This document shows, one piece after another, positions 24,795 through 38,139 of a stretch of 64,000 nt of DNA. A model generated the notes under the pieces. The model was not told the DNA's origin and searched no databases. It saw only the letters and a list, made by a program, of their open reading frames with translations. The DNA comes from Perna viridis. Lineage: Eukaryota. Within the stretch, counting starts at the first letter, position 1. Every line of letters starts with the position of its first letter. Position numbers and translations under genes: made by a program. The stretch is taken from NCBI GenBank assembly GCA_037379345.1, contig CM074514.1, forward strand, positions 51,646,001 to 51,710,000, in the 5' to 3' direction.

Positions 24795-25716
24795 CTGGAA
24801 AATAAATGATTTTCAATGAATTGTCTCCCTTATATTGAGTGTGAGTTGTCTACCCTTCCTTATACCTCACCGCTGTAAGAAATGTATATGAATACATTCA
24901 TTATATATAAAGATCCTAAAACAGAAAAGCAGATCTGTTATACAAGATACATATTATCAGCCATTTTGATTTTCGGATCAATTCCTTTTGAGAGACCACC
25001 CATTTTGTAAGGCCACTTTTATGTAGCAAATGGGTTGGTCTCTCAAGAAGGGGACTACTGTATTAATATGAAGTCAAAACTTGGTTAGCCTTACCTGTTA
25101 CCCTTTGGAACAGTTCATGTGGGAGAATTTTAGGTAAAAACAAATTTATTTATATTTAAAATTCTATTATTTAGTATTGTTCAAAGAGAATGTAGTAATT
25201 TTAACCGAATATTTCCTACAATTCTTACATCTTAATGTGGGAGATTCTAAATATTTCCCTGATTTTGTGGGAATCTCCCCTCAAATGTGGGAGGATTAAC
25301 AGGTATGGATAAGATAAGCATTTTAATCTTAATCTGTCAACCTTAAATGTATACAGGCTTACATGTTCTCCTCTGAAGTAAGTTTCAATTATTGCTGTAA
25401 GAAATATATTTTAAAAATTTCTATTTCAACTATCTAAAGCAGTCTATATTTTCTTTTTTCTTATTAACGCATCTACAAAAACTAAGTATTTCTCAAAGTA
25501 AAAATTCAAAGATTTTTAGCTATTTTTCAAATGTTAATCTTTCTTCCTTCATAATTAAAACTATGAATATATTAAAATCAATTAAAATCTTAACCAACAT
25601 TTTCCATGTAAATCATTTTCAGTAAAATTAACTTTAAGAGTGACAAATCACAACCAGAAGACTATAAATGTCACAGTGATTCTTAATTTGACCCTCTCAG
25701 TGAACACAAAGCATAC

Positions 25717-25845
25717 CTTATAGTTGGCTGTGTTCAGACCATCCTGGGTCAAAGATTTGGCAATAGTTATGACACCACTGGTCTCGTTAACATTGAAAAA
25801 AGCAGGAGCTGGGAAATTTCCGACTGACTCAAACATCAATTGTCC
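25717..25845 (-). CDS. cadherin exon 42 (core)
   Basis: GQLMFESVGNFPAPAFFNVNETSGVI..ANYK|gtatgc, 129 nt. Confidence 0.92.
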
Positions 25846-26050
25846 CTGTAAGACAAACAGATCCAGCATAGATAATTACAAATTATACAGAAATATTAAA
25901 GCTTGTAATCATAATAAGACTTAATACAACAAGCTTATAAATAGTGATTCATTTTGTAAACTGAGGATAAAGATTCCAAACAGTAGTAATTTTTAACAAT
26001 TTATCAAATACCTTATATTCATGTTAAAACAGAATATACCTGAGCATTTA

Positions 26051-26517
26051 GGTCTCAGTATCGTATTAATTTTCCCATAGACTTCTATAGTGAAGTGCAT
26101 ATTTTTAGGATTTTTAAAAAAATACGTAAATTGATTCAATAAAACTTTCACTTATGTAGCATTTCTAAGGACATGTGAAAAAATAATTTCCCGCAAAGAA
26201 AATAGGGTGAGTCCACGAAGATCGGACAGAAAAGTAGTCTCAAACTATAAATAGCCATTTTCCCTACTTTCACTTTCGTTTTGCACTCACCAAACCAACC
26301 TTTTCAGTGGAACATTTTTATGATATTATGTTAGATTTTCTTTTAAAAAAGTTCTTCATCTTACAGTGTGATGTTTGCTCTATTTTATAAGTCATTGTTC
26401 ATATCTTTTGACAAAATATTAGTTTGTAGAGAGGCAAAAAGAAAATGCACTATATTTTTATAGCATCCATGTTTTGACGTACACCTGCTCAGGGATATGC
26501 AATACGATACTGGTACC
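26051..26517. mobile_element. MITE, Kolobok-like
   Basis: TIRs ggtctcagtatcgtatt / aatacgatactggtacc, flanked by TTTA on both sides. Confidence 0.65.
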
Positions 26518-27033
26518 TTTAAGGCTAGTCTCCAATTATCCTAACCTTCATAGTAGAGGAAGCCCTCATAAAAGTAATTCATTAAAACCACAATCTAAGA
26601 ATCACCAAGGGTCTGATATCAGTCTAAAAGGAAGTAAACTGGTAAGCAAATTGGTAAGTTTAAAATATTTGACAAGTTGAAAGGTATTATGTACTAGATA
26701 AGTTGTCCCAAGTTCAGTAGGACTTAGGACAATATCAGACTAATATTCCCAACTTAAGATAAATGATGTCAATAGATAAGCCTCCTCTAGTTTACTTTTT
26801 TATATCTGTCCTCCTACAGATTAAAAGAACAAAAAAATTGTAATAGTTAGGTCAGAATACGATACTGCCGAATTCAAGTTTTTTTTTCCAATGTGAATAA
26901 ATATTTTGGTCTAAAGTATCAAATGGGACACGTGTTAAGAATTAAAGCACCCCATTTAGACATGCACTTCAAAGTACAACCTCCACTCAAAATATCCGAC
27001 CTAGAATTTGTACACTAATCACGATGAACTTAC

Positions 27034-27228
27034 TGGTGCCCTTATGTCCTTGTCTTCAGCAGAGACAGTGAAGACTGGTTCGTCTACAGCTAGACCCTGG
27101 CCAAGATTTGGTATATTGGCAGGCAAGTTTATGAACTGTGGTGAAAGACTGTTCCGTTGAATGGTAATAGATGCTCCAATATCGATGCACTTCTTTGGAG
27201 ACCTTGTATCACAGGCTCGAATAAGTAT
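27034..27228 (-). CDS. cadherin exon 41 (linker)
   Basis: ILIRACDTRSPKKCI..IQRNSLSPQF..AEDKDIRAP|gtaagt, 195 nt. Confidence 0.92.
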
Positions 27229-27805
27229 CTGCAAGAAAATACTTTTATAATTCTTTATTCTCTGCAGGGTTATAAGTATTGTATGTTAAGAAGATTATTT
27301 TCCACTGGTTTGATAAGGAAGGGTTGCTCTCTTAGGTATTTGAAAAAAAAAATTAATTGAAAGATGAACATACAAACAGATGGACAAAGCCCAATATACC
27401 CCCAAATTTTTTAGAGGCAGGAGTGGGGGATTGAATATAATTCTAATCAGATATCATAAATGGCAAAACAGGAAATTTTACACTGTTGCACTGATGTAAA
27501 ATGCAGAATTATTCAGGTAACACAAGGGTTCAAATGATTGGTGGTCTGAAGTTCACAGCCTTCATTTTCAAACCTAAAACATTTGAGATTTTATTTACCT
27601 AGGTCATTGACCATCAACTTTTTCATGAACATTTTACTGACGATTTTTGGACCATTGGTTTGAAACTATAAAAATTCCAGGACCTTCAACTCTTGAAGAG
27701 AAATTTGGACCCCTAGTGTCACAGACAGGTGATTCCTATATACCCACCATTGTTTCCTTTTTTTTTAGGGGGGAGGTGGGTGTGGGTGGTTTGAAAAAGA
27801 CTTAC

Positions 27806-27928
27806 AGTATCACTGTTCTGTGTTCCCTCTGTTAGTAACTTCTTTAGCGTAATCCTACCACTGTTAGGATCAATATAATAATATTCTTCAGCCCTCGAGT
27901 CTCCTATTATCTCATATGTTATTGGGTC
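27806..27928 (-). CDS. cadherin exon 40 (core)
   Basis: DPITYEIIGDSRAEEYYYIDPNSGRITL..NSDT|gtaagt, 123 nt. Confidence 0.92.
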
Positions 27929-28342
27929 CTAAAAATATATACAAATGCTAAACAATGACTCATGAAAAAAAGCTACATTAAATAGTGAATAGTTCAACTG
28001 ATTGATTGATTGATTATGGTTTTATATCCTAAAGCAGAAAGTACATGCCTCCAGGGATAAGAATACTAAATCAATCAAAAAGACTGCCTTGATCTAATCT
28101 GCAGACCTGATTTTACAAGGTCTACAAACAAAGTGGAAATTGGCAAAAAATCGGAAGTAAATAATAAAAAAAAAAATTAACGGTAAAATTATTATTTGAA
28201 ATAACGGAATTCCACTGAAAGCGGAAAAAAATCATGTCTGAATCTGATACTCTGAGCTAGTTTTTTGTTGAATTATCTCACAGAAGTAACAGATGGCATT
28301 AGGTCAAAGAAGACCAGCTTTTTGAAATTAAGGTACCTTTCA

Positions 28343-28476
28343 CAGTGAAACCTGTCTGAACTGAACCATGAATTAACTGTAAACCTGCCTACACAAGACA
28401 ACTTTTTGAAGTCCCATTGTCCATATCGACCAAATTCTACAGTCCAAAAGGAGTTCTGTTTAAAGAGGTTTTACTG
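28343..28476. mobile_element. Short Tc1/mariner-like MITE (CAGTGAAACCTGTC family)
   Basis: cagtgaaacctgtctgaac / gtttaaagaggttttactg+ta. Confidence 0.6.
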
Positions 28477-28612
28477 TATAAAATCAAGCAATTACTTAAT
28501 GTTTTTTTTTTCTTTCAGTAATGAATAGAGTTACTTTGCTCGCCCTACAGTATCAAAATCGTCCCTCATTTCAGTATATGTTGAACTTTTAACTTCTTCA
28601 CCTTTGACTTAC

Positions 28613-28798
28613 ATTATCATCAACATCAGTAGCATTGACCTCTAAAACAAGGTCACCAAGTTTGTACAAATCTGTAATGGTCGCTGAGTATGGACCTCCG
28701 ACAAACTGTGGTCCACCAAGATTCCTCTGCATTGTGATAGAAACAGTTGATGTAGCCGTCACATTGGGATACACAGAATCATAGGCAATCACCTCCAG
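28613..28798 (-). CDS. cadherin exon 39 (linker)
   Basis: LEVIAYDSVYPNV..MQRNLGGPQF..ATDVDDN|gtaagt, 186 nt. Confidence 0.92.
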
Positions 28799-29304
28799 CT
28801 GAAAAATTTATAAATAAGTTGAAATTAAAGTGTGAAAACAGATCAAGGACTGAAATGGCTGGGTAGTGGTAAAGTTGAAAAATTGACCAAGTGGGTAAAT
28901 AGGAAGTAAAAGTGTGACAGACCTGAAATCAAATCCCACGATAAAGGGACCCAAAACTGAAGTTCTGTACCAAAGATTTATTGGCAGTGATTCAGTCGCT
29001 GAGAAAAATATTACAAAAATATTTCCCTGTCCATACAACATTCATAATTCTATAAGCCAATTTGCACAAAGCAACCTGGCCAAAAATGTATAAAAAAAAA
29101 AATAGTTCTCTATCTAAAAAAAAAACAAGAAAGTTCAAGGGACATTACTCAATTCAAGTTTCAGGAAATACAAATTCCTATTAATAAAATTTACATATGA
29201 TGTAGTAACTAACTTTGCCCAACCTGCAATACAGGTGATATATAACCTCTCACGACCTTTGGCCTACCTAGTATACAGGTGACATATAAACTATCATGAT
29301 CTTT

Positions 29305-30233
29305 CAGATAAGGGTCCGACTACTTTCAAAGTAACTGATTGAATTACAATTACTTTGTCAAATGTATGATTTAATTAAATTAATGATTACAGCATTTCTG
29401 AAAGTAATTAATGATTACATTGACTATTAATCATGATTACATCTGATTACAATGAATTTGCAAATAACTATGATTGGAACATTTTGTTTTAATATGTTAT
29501 TTGTATTTTTCATAAGGCCTTAAATTCTGTGAATTTAACAGGAAATATTATTAGATTATTTAATATTTTTTAACGAGATGTGCATGAGAAACTTCCGCAA
29601 GTTGAAAAAATATTTAATAATCTGTTGTGGAATAATTTTGGGATTTATTCACTCTAATAGGGTAAGTTACTGCATTTAATCATTTTCCATTGTAGTCTAG
29701 ACAATATCGTAACAAATTAGCCATTATTCCATACACAATAAACAAAGAGACGGTTATTTGGGTCGTCAAATATTCCTACGCTGTTGCTTATATGTCACGG
29801 GAGGACATAGAAACTAGCGATAATTTTCATTCTCACTCGACTGGCGTGAGATTAAAAATTAACGTATAGCAAGATCAAAGGGATTTTAAACAAAATAGCG
29901 ATAATATTTTTTAAAAGTATAGTAAAACATCAACCTTCACCAATTTATTAACCACATAGATCTATAAAATATATACAAGTTCAGTATAACAATTTGTAAC
30001 TTTCAGTTGAATTTTTAAGAACCATTGCACTTGATCAACCTTTGAAATGTTTTAAATTTAAGTCTGCATCAGTCTGGTCAGAATATGGCGTTAATATTTC
30101 CATTGTAATCATAATGTAATCATAAACTAATCAGAATTACAGGGTATTTTGAAAAGTAATTGATTAAATCAAATTACATGTAATCAGATTTTTTGGCTGA
30201 TTAATGATTACGATTACAATTACCCCATTTCTG
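29305..30233. mobile_element. Non-autonomous DNA transposon, possibly hAT-like
   Basis: CAG..CTG imperfect TIRs, GATTAC/GTAATC-rich subtermini, flanks tgatcttt / tgaccttt (possible 8-bp TSD). Confidence 0.55.
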
Positions 30234-30278
30234 TGACCTTTACTGGTAATGTATAACCTCTCATGACCTTTGACCTAC

Positions 30279-30407
30279 CTGGTATACAGGCGTTGTATCT
30301 GCTTTCATCAGAGCTGAGTTGATGACAGAAACATTTCCTTTAGAAGGGTGTACACTGAAGAATGCCTCTGCAGAACCTTTACCGATAGTCTCATAAATAA
30401 TATTTCC
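30279..30407 (-). CDS. cadherin exon 38 (core)
   Basis: GNIIYETIGKGSAEAFFSVHPSKGNV..PVYQ|gtaggt, 129 nt. Confidence 0.9.
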
Positions 30408-31072
30408 CTGGAAAACAATTTACAGAAATATTCATTAAAAAATGTTGCTCTTATTTTAGGAATATCAATTTTTATATTATTAGCATTGGTTACAGCTGAC
30501 AGCAGTATCCCTACAACAATGCAAAACAGATTCTGTCCGTTGGATAGATATGTATACACGTCTATATATATGTATAAATTATCTGGCTGTGATTCGACTG
30601 ATGCAGGAAATACTTGCATGCAAATCAAAATATATTGCTTCAGTAAGAGAGGACATGTTTTGATACCAGTTCATGGAATTTAGGACAATAGAATAATATA
30701 CACATTGAAAGTATCATTAACTTATTTACTTAGCTTGTATCATATTTACATTTTCTCACTCTCCCCTTTATACTGTATAGGAAGTTATTTTATGGGGTGC
30801 AAAATTTTGTGATTTGAAGTATACAAAAAATGTTGCCATTTCTAATTTTGGTTGAGGGTAGGTGATGCACTAAGGTAATTAGTTGCAGAGTCAATCTTTG
30901 GCTGAATTTATTTTCCCCTTTTTAGAAACCACTAAAATACAGCAAAATCAGCTGCTACAGGTTGTCTTTCAATTTCATTAAGAAACCGATTATTTAAGCT
31001 AAAAACAATTCATTAGTAACAGTTTGTAAGCATTCAGAGAAAAAAAGGATTAGTTTACCATAGGAAACTTAC

Positions 31073-31258
31073 ACGCAGATCACGATCGGTAGCAATAACA
31101 GTCATCAAAACGTTTCCATCAGGAGCATTTTCAGATGCCCCTGTATTATAAACACCACTAGTGAATACTGGAGGGAACTGATCCCGACGAACAACGATAT
31201 GTACCCTAGCTGTTGCTGTTCTTGGTTGAGGTCGCTGGTCACTTGCTACCACATTAAA
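31073..31258 (-). CDS. cadherin exon 37 (linker)
   Basis: FNVVASDQRPQPR..VRRDQFPPVF..ATDRDLR|gtaagt, 186 nt. Confidence 0.92.
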
Positions 31259-31354
31259 CTATAAAAAATTAATGATTAATTCCTTATTGTTAACCTCATA
31301 TGACAGATGTTTCGTGCATCTGTCATGTATTTGATTAATAAAACAGAAGCTGCT

Positions 31355-31565
31355 TTGTACCAGTTTGACAAATTAAGCTAGATTTTTATTGTATTAGCTC
31401 ACAGCAAGCTAGTAGGCATGTCACTTAACTATGACACATTATTTCAAGCCAACCAGTTGTCAGCCTGTCTCCTCTATCCTATGTACTTAGCTTGGAAGCA
31501 GTGACTACCAATTTCAAGTGACTGGACCCATGACCTCCTTACTCAAGGCACATATGCTACTGTGA
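31355..31565 (-). mobile_element. Decayed SINE-like remnant (related ~60410-60600)
   Basis: Shared gacaca..att, actaccaat, acccatgacctc blocks; (ttga)n tail-like runs elsewhere in window. Confidence 0.4.
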
Positions 31566-32714
31566 TGGAACGACTTGGAGTATTTATCTTACATAACACA
31601 TTCCGAGTCTATACATAATTCCTGTGATACAGTTAAAAGGAACAATACGATTTTCAATGGTCAAATAAAATACAGGAGGTTGTCAGATTGAAAGCAAACC
31701 AGATTTACCCCGAATTAAAGAGTCAAAGTTCATATTTTGAAGACAAAAATGGCTGCCACCAAAAAAAAACATAAATTACTACTTCTAAAAATCGAACTTG
31801 ACATCCTTTTTGTCACATAAAACAAAATGTCAAAATTTGAAAGGAATCTGCCAATAACTTTTCAAGCACTTAATTTTTCCAAAAAAAAATCAGGTCTAAA
31901 ATGCCTTATCATGTGTCCTCTTGGAAGAAGCTTCAAATGTTACACACAGTTTGATTTATACATTTGGGGACAGTTCTAACATTAGCTCTGCATGATAAAT
32001 TTAGAAACGACAAAAATCAGAAATGTTCTAGTAAGAAATAATGTCATGTATTATTCTAACATAGAATTATCATTCTGATATAAAATCAGCAGGAATGAGT
32101 GTAGGCCTTGACAAATGTAGTCATGAATCGTTCTAAAATGGTCAAAAGGACAATTTCTGGATCATCATCCTTACATGATTTTTAACAATTTGAAAGAAAT
32201 GTTAGAATCAACCTCCACTGTGCATGCTGTGTTACGTATATCATTCTTCAATGGTTGATTTCACAAAAAAAATCCTGTGTAAAATTAGACATAAGTTATG
32301 ATGTCACAATATAAAGAAGAATTACGATGTCATAATTTAGGACTAATTTTACACTTTAAAGATTTTTTGTGAAATCAACCACAGATCTTTTTAATTTCCA
32401 CCAAAAAACATATTCTTATGTTGAAAATGTGTTAACATTTGGCAAACCATTGTTACAAAAACTTCTAATTTTACTGCATCATAAACATGATAAAAGAAAA
32501 TTTTTTATAGAAACCAAAGCAAGTACATTCTCATAACCTTCCTTAGAAATACATTAAAACCTGTGGAGTGCTTTAGTTGGTTCTCCAATCTAAAAAAAAA
32601 TGTTCAAAGGGGCATAACTCTCAACAAATTTCAGAAGATTAAACTTTCCTATTAATAAGCACATCTACATTTAATTGCCTGAAGTAAAAATAAATTTAGA
32701 GATACTTGACTTAC

Positions 32715-33023
32715 AGAAAAATTTCCCACTACCGATCCTAGGAGTGATTTAACAAGTATAATAGATCCCGTCTTGGAGTTTATAATGAAGTATTCATTAT
32801 GTGGTGATTTATTTTCCATCTCATACACTAACATATCCTGATCAGCATCTGTCGCTGCCACTTTGATAACTTCAGTACCAAGGATCTGTGTTTCCTCGAT
32901 AGTTTTACTGAAGAAGCCATTTTGCTCAAATACAGGATCTGCCAGATTTCTATTGACAGTAATGTTTACAGTTGCTGTGGCTTGCTGCACTCCAACATCT
33001 GTCTTTGTGGCCACTATTTGGAG
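32715..33023 (-). CDS. cadherin exon 36 (fused linker+core)
   Basis: LQIVATKTD..VNRNLADPVF..ATDADQ-DMLVYEM..YFIINSKTGSI..GNFS|gtaagt, 309 nt. Confidence 0.92.
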
Positions 33024-33590
33024 CTGAAAGAAATAATTAATGAATATAAACTTTAAAAAAAATGATAGCTGCAATGCAAAGTAGATACGAAAAAACAAAA
33101 ACATTTTCTTTGAGAAAATAAAAACCTTAGTAAATAAATATTTAAAAAAAACACACACCCAGTCAGTTTTCCATGGATTAAAATTCAGTCATTCAGCACC
33201 TAAGCTCATCCCTTGTTTATTGCTGTTCACTTGTTAAATGTGCATTTCTGTTCTTTTTGTGTTGTGCAATTGTTCTTGGTATATTATCTTTTTGGTGTTC
33301 CCATCATTATTTCATCCATGGACTTCTCCAATGGGTAACATGGTTATTCATTATTCATTATAGTACTTGATGACTATCAATATTTTTCATTATATTCTAT
33401 GCAAATGATCCATAAAATCCTGAATTTTCTATAATTCACTTTTTGAAAACAGGGTTTATAGCAGTAACTACCCCAACTGTACTATGGAAAGATTCTTAAT
33501 CCGTAGAGCATAATTTGCAGTCAAAATATGTAGAAAATATAGATAATGTGTATGTCAACACATCTGTTGATTATATTTTCTAATACTTAC

Positions 33591-33719
33591 AATATAGTTG
33601 GTTAGACCAGCACTATCAAGTCTGAGATCTTTCTTTATCTTGACTTGACCATCAATATTTCCAACTTCAAAGAAATCAGGTGCAGAACTAAGTCCAGTTA
33701 CTGCATAGGTTATTCCAGG
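33591..33719 (-). CDS. cadherin exon 35 (core)
   Basis: PGITYAVTGLSSAPDFFEVGNIDGQV..TNYI|gtaagt, 129 nt. Confidence 0.9.
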
Positions 33720-34190
33720 CTATAATGACAAGAAAATTAATGTTTTGCTTTATTTACAATACAAATAAGTGACAGCCTGAACACAGAAAATTGACTCACT
33801 GAAATAAATATTTGATAAAACCACAAGAAATATGTTAATCATATTAAGCACAACATTATTGGCTGCTTTGTTGCTTAAAACATTGTTGTGTCAACAGTTT
33901 ATATAGTGCTGAACAATAGAAAGAGTATAAAGCAATAACTGTTAAATGTAGATAGCAATATTGTTTACTTAACACAGTTTAAAGTTAGTGGTTGAGCAAC
34001 AACATTATTAGCTGCTTTATCAACTGGAGTAAAACTTTATTTTTCTGTACATACAGTAACTATAAATGAAAATGAGTTTTCAAAAACTCAGAAAAAGTAT
34101 TAGCATTATTTTGATGAAGGTTTTGATGGATACAACATACAATAAAATATCCAAAACACAGTGAAGGGACAATATAATGAAACGACTTAC

Positions 34191-34367
34191 ATCTGGGTTA
34201 GCTTTCACGGTTTGAATCAGGCGTCCAACTTGATCATTCTCATTGGCTACTGCATTGTAAGATGGCGCTGTGAAGGTCAATTTTCCAGATGTCCTAATGA
34301 CATTGATGGTTATTGTAACGGCCACTACTTTTTGGGGAGTACCTTGATCTCGAACATCTACTGTCAT
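34191..34367 (-). CDS. cadherin exon 34 (linker, degenerate Ca motifs)
   Basis: MTVDVRDQGTPQK..VIRTSGKLTF..VKANPD|gtaagt, 177 nt. Confidence 0.92.
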
Positions 34368-34893
34368 CTATTTATGTAAAACAATATCAATATACCATAA
34401 ACCATATTTTTTTCACAAGCAATTTATTTTCATTTAATACTTTCTCGAACAAGAAAATAACCAGAAAATAAGTTGCCTCCAATAAGTAAATATTTTTAAA
34501 CACATATTAGAAAGATTGTTAGTCATCAAATTAAACTGATATCATGAAACAGGAAAATATGATACGCTGCCAAGTTGCAAAAAATCCTTTTGGGAAAAAA
34601 CATCATAAAATGGCCATAACTTTTGTGTAAATAATCCAATTAAAACAGATTTTTGAATTTGATCTGTATTTCATAATACTCAATAACAATGTTTAAGAAA
34701 GATCCTTTAATATCTTTTAAGTTATCATTAGGAAACAATCATGGGACGGAAAAAAGACCCACAGATGGATGGACATGCAACTTCTCAGACAATATCACAA
34801 CATATTTTGCGACTTATTTGTGGTGGGGTGTAAAAAGTATACAATCTGAACATTATTAATGTTAAACAAATATATATTAATGTAAAAACTTAC

Positions 34894-35025
34894 TGTAAAC
34901 AAACTTTGTGTGATGTCAGCCACAGAGTTGATCAGTAACACTTCACCAGTTGTGGGGTTTACCAGGAAATAATCTCCAGCACTTCCTGTTCCTGTGGCAA
35001 CATACCTAATCACATTATTTGGAGG
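34894..35025 (-). CDS. cadherin exon 33 (core)
   Basis: PPNNVIRYVA..YFLVNPTTGEV..SLFT|gtaagt, 132 nt. Confidence 0.92.
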
Positions 35026-35566
35026 CTGCAAAAAATAAGATCATGCACAATGATTGTTTTTAAATTGTGTGAATCTTTTATTTCAATGCAGAAATCTTCT
35101 TTAATCTAAACAACCAAAGACTTCATAACAACTATCTATACTAACCTTTGACCTCTAATTGACTTAACCTTTGACACCAGTCTAACTGGGTGAAGCAAGA
35201 AAAAAGGGCACAAGATGGCTACAAGGATGATAAAAAAAATTTAAGTCAGGGCCTGACATTTAAGGTCGTCTTCTTGCCTAGAAAAAGTAAAATTACAATT
35301 TGGACAAGTAAAAGTTAAATTATACTTGCCTGAGTGATAACCAAATTTTATGCATTCTTCACATGAGTTTACTTAATAAACAACCTAGTTTTCAAATTGG
35401 CAATTTGCATGATATGAAAAGATTCACAAAATGCTATGTCATATCCTGCATATTAATACAAACAATTCTAAACAGAAAGATTTTTCAAACTATTTCCTTT
35501 ATCATTTTAATGTCATGAGTGAAAATGAATAAAATAGAGGCCAAAACAAGTCCTTAAAGAACTCAC

Positions 35567-35755
35567 TCCCCTATCAGCATCAGAAGCATTCAGGTTAAGA
35601 ACAGCTGTTCCAACAGGAGTGGTTTCAGGAAGATTGATATTCAGAGTCCTTGAATGGTTCAAGATAGGTGGGTTCAGATTGTGTTCAACAATAACTGTAA
35701 CACTAGCGACATCTGACAATGGTGGTGTTCCTCCATCAGTAACAACAACTCTTAC
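35567..35755 (-). CDS. cadherin exon 32 (linker)
   Basis: VRVVVTDGGTPPL..VEHNLNPPIL..LPETTPVGT..ASDADRG|gtgagt, 189 nt. Confidence 0.92.
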
Positions 35756-36086
35756 CTAAAAAAAGTAAAAATTAATATAAAAAAGATTTACAAAAACACC
35801 TTTAATCATAAAGTACTGTTTTTTGTTGCTAAGGAAGTAGACCTAGGGTAAGGGACACGACTCTTATAAATCAATGAAATGTTGTATTCAGTATTTGACA
35901 TCAATCTCATTTTAGCATCATAGTAACTCGGACTGATTTAATTCCATTTCAAAGGAAAGCTTGAAAGGCTTTGATGAACTTGAATATGACACAAACAAAT
36001 CACTGATTTCAAGAGTTATTCCCCATACCCTAGATCCCCAAATTTATTAAGCTTAAACAGACAAAAATAGACTGCCTGTTCTATCC

Positions 36087-36145
36087 TCGTCTGAATATAG
36101 CTGAAATATTGCTGCTCGGACGTTAAACCCCAACAAACAAACAAA
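36087..36145 (+). mobile_element. ~59-bp SINE/LINE 3'-tail insertion with TSD
   Basis: tcgtctgaatatagctgaaatattgctgctcggacg..(caaa)n flanked by ctatcc direct repeats; twin at 49221. Confidence 0.7.
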
Positions 36146-36353
36146 CTATCCACATTATAGAATTTGGTGGAACACAATGTTATTGTAACATGTAATTAGG
36201 TATTCCAAATTTTTTTGTTAAAAGATCTACGAAAATAAAAATTTTCTATATTGATTTGTTATGCAGCAGGCATATTTCATATACTTCAATCACTAAAATT
36301 AAACTGCAGTTAGACAAATTTCTCATAACACCTGCAGGTTCAACATTACTTAC

Positions 36354-36494
36354 ATCAAACTGAGTTTTGGTGGTCAAGGTAAGGTCAGCAGAAGGTCGTG
36401 TCCTCACAACACCTGCAGAATCAATCTCAAAGAATAAACTGGCCTGATTGGTGGTGTCTGGATACAATGAGTAGTTAAGTGAATTAAATGGTAC
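36354..36494 (-). CDS. cadherin exon 31 (core)
   Basis: VPFNSLNYSL..FFEIDSAGVV..TQFD|gtaagt, 141 nt. Confidence 0.9.
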
Positions 36495-37100
36495 CTGCCA
36501 ATGGACAAAAAGCTCTATCAGTTAAATAAATACAATGAGTAGTTCAGTGAGTTAAATGGTATCTGTCAATGGAAAATAAGCTCTATCATTTTAGTAAATG
36601 TTAACAAAAAGGAAACATTTAAATCGTACAGCTCTTTGTTCATCACTGAATATCAATCCAGCTCAGAGAAACCTGTCTAAAATAGATCCTTTATAAAAGC
36701 CTGTCTACAAAAGCCCTTTCTTGAAATCCCTTCAATTTCAAGGCATTCTGAAACTATGTGAACTGAACAAATCATCCAGTCAAAAAGGGGGGTCTGTTTA
36801 GAAAGGTTTCAATCTCCACTATTGAAATTAATATGTGTACTTGAATCAGAATAGAAAAAATTCCCATAACAACTTTTTTTTTTACAAAAAGGGAGACATA
36901 TCTATCACACATACATGGACATCTGTAATGGAACAGAATTACAAGTAGTTTGAGCACTGGCTCCTTCAGCAAGTATTTTCAAATACCTCTTTTATATTAT
37001 AATTTCTTTACTTTAAGAAAAATAGCAAAGGTAAAGCAGACAAAGAACAAAAAATAGAAAAATACTACATCATAAGGGGAGGCAACTCCATCAAACTTAC

Positions 37101-37292
37101 ATCAATATCTGTATTGGAGACAGCGGTAGCATATACACTCAGTCCTCCAGCATATGTTTCAGAAATTGTCTTGGAATATGTAGCAGTATTGGTAAAGAGT
37201 GGAGCTGTGTTACGAACCACATTCAAAGTGACTGTCTGTGGATTATCTGCTGTCTGAGGCGGTGACCCTTTGTCTCTTGCAGACACTTGGAA
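37101..37292 (-). CDS. cadherin exon 30 (linker)
   Basis: FQVSARDKGSPPQ..VVRNTAPLF..VSNTDID|gtaagt, 192 nt. Confidence 0.92.
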
Positions 37293-37680
37293 CTAAAGAT
37301 AAAAATCATTGAAGTGATGAAACTGAAAGCCTAAATGTCACCTGCCTTGTAGATTTTTCTTTAGAAATGAAACTTTGACTTTTTCAACTGCATTTCGACC
37401 TTTAATTCCAAATTTCAATACCAGGCAACAATAATGAAACCATAGATCAGGGAATAGTTTTGCATTTTCAATCTTGAACGTTGACATACAAAGATGTCCT
37501 ATGAAAGTCAGGGGCCCAGCCACATTTTTGGTAGAATTTGCAACTTGGCCCCAATAAAGTATTTTCCCTCAACCCCCCCCCCCCAAAAAAAAAAAAACAA
37601 AACAAAACAAAAACAAAAGGACACTTAAGAAATGTTGATTTTTAACAATTTACAAATTTAACACTCTTTAATATACTCAC

Positions 37681-37827
37681 AGAAATGCTGAACTGGTTTC
37701 CCGAATCAGGATAGTTTAACATGGATTGCTTCAGTGATAGAGCTCCAGTATTGGGATCCACTTGGACATAATTGTTGATCTGTGTATTGGTGGATGAGAT
37801 GAAAAACTCCAATTCGTTATTGGGTGC
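37681..37827 (-). CDS. cadherin exon 29 (core)
   Basis: aag|APNNELEFFI..YVQVDPNTGALSL..QFSIS|gtgagt, 147 nt. Confidence 0.88.
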
Positions 37828-38139
37828 CTTGAAACAGGTAAAAGATGTGTATATTATCTCAATATTAACAATACTAATGTAGAAAAAAATGCATTTCAGC
37901 CTTGTGACCAGGAGGCAAACTTAGTCAAATTTACAAGTAGGTCCAGCAAAAATAATTAAATAAAAAAAATTATCTAATCAGAAACAAGAAAATTGCTTGA
38001 ATGTAGAGTAGATTTGTTCTGGAATCCTGCTGCTGTTAAAGTTTAATGTTACTCATACTTCAACAACAACAGATAAATCTTTATTTGCATTTTGTGTATT
38101 CAACATATTTCCAAACAAAATCCAAGAAAATGTACTCAC

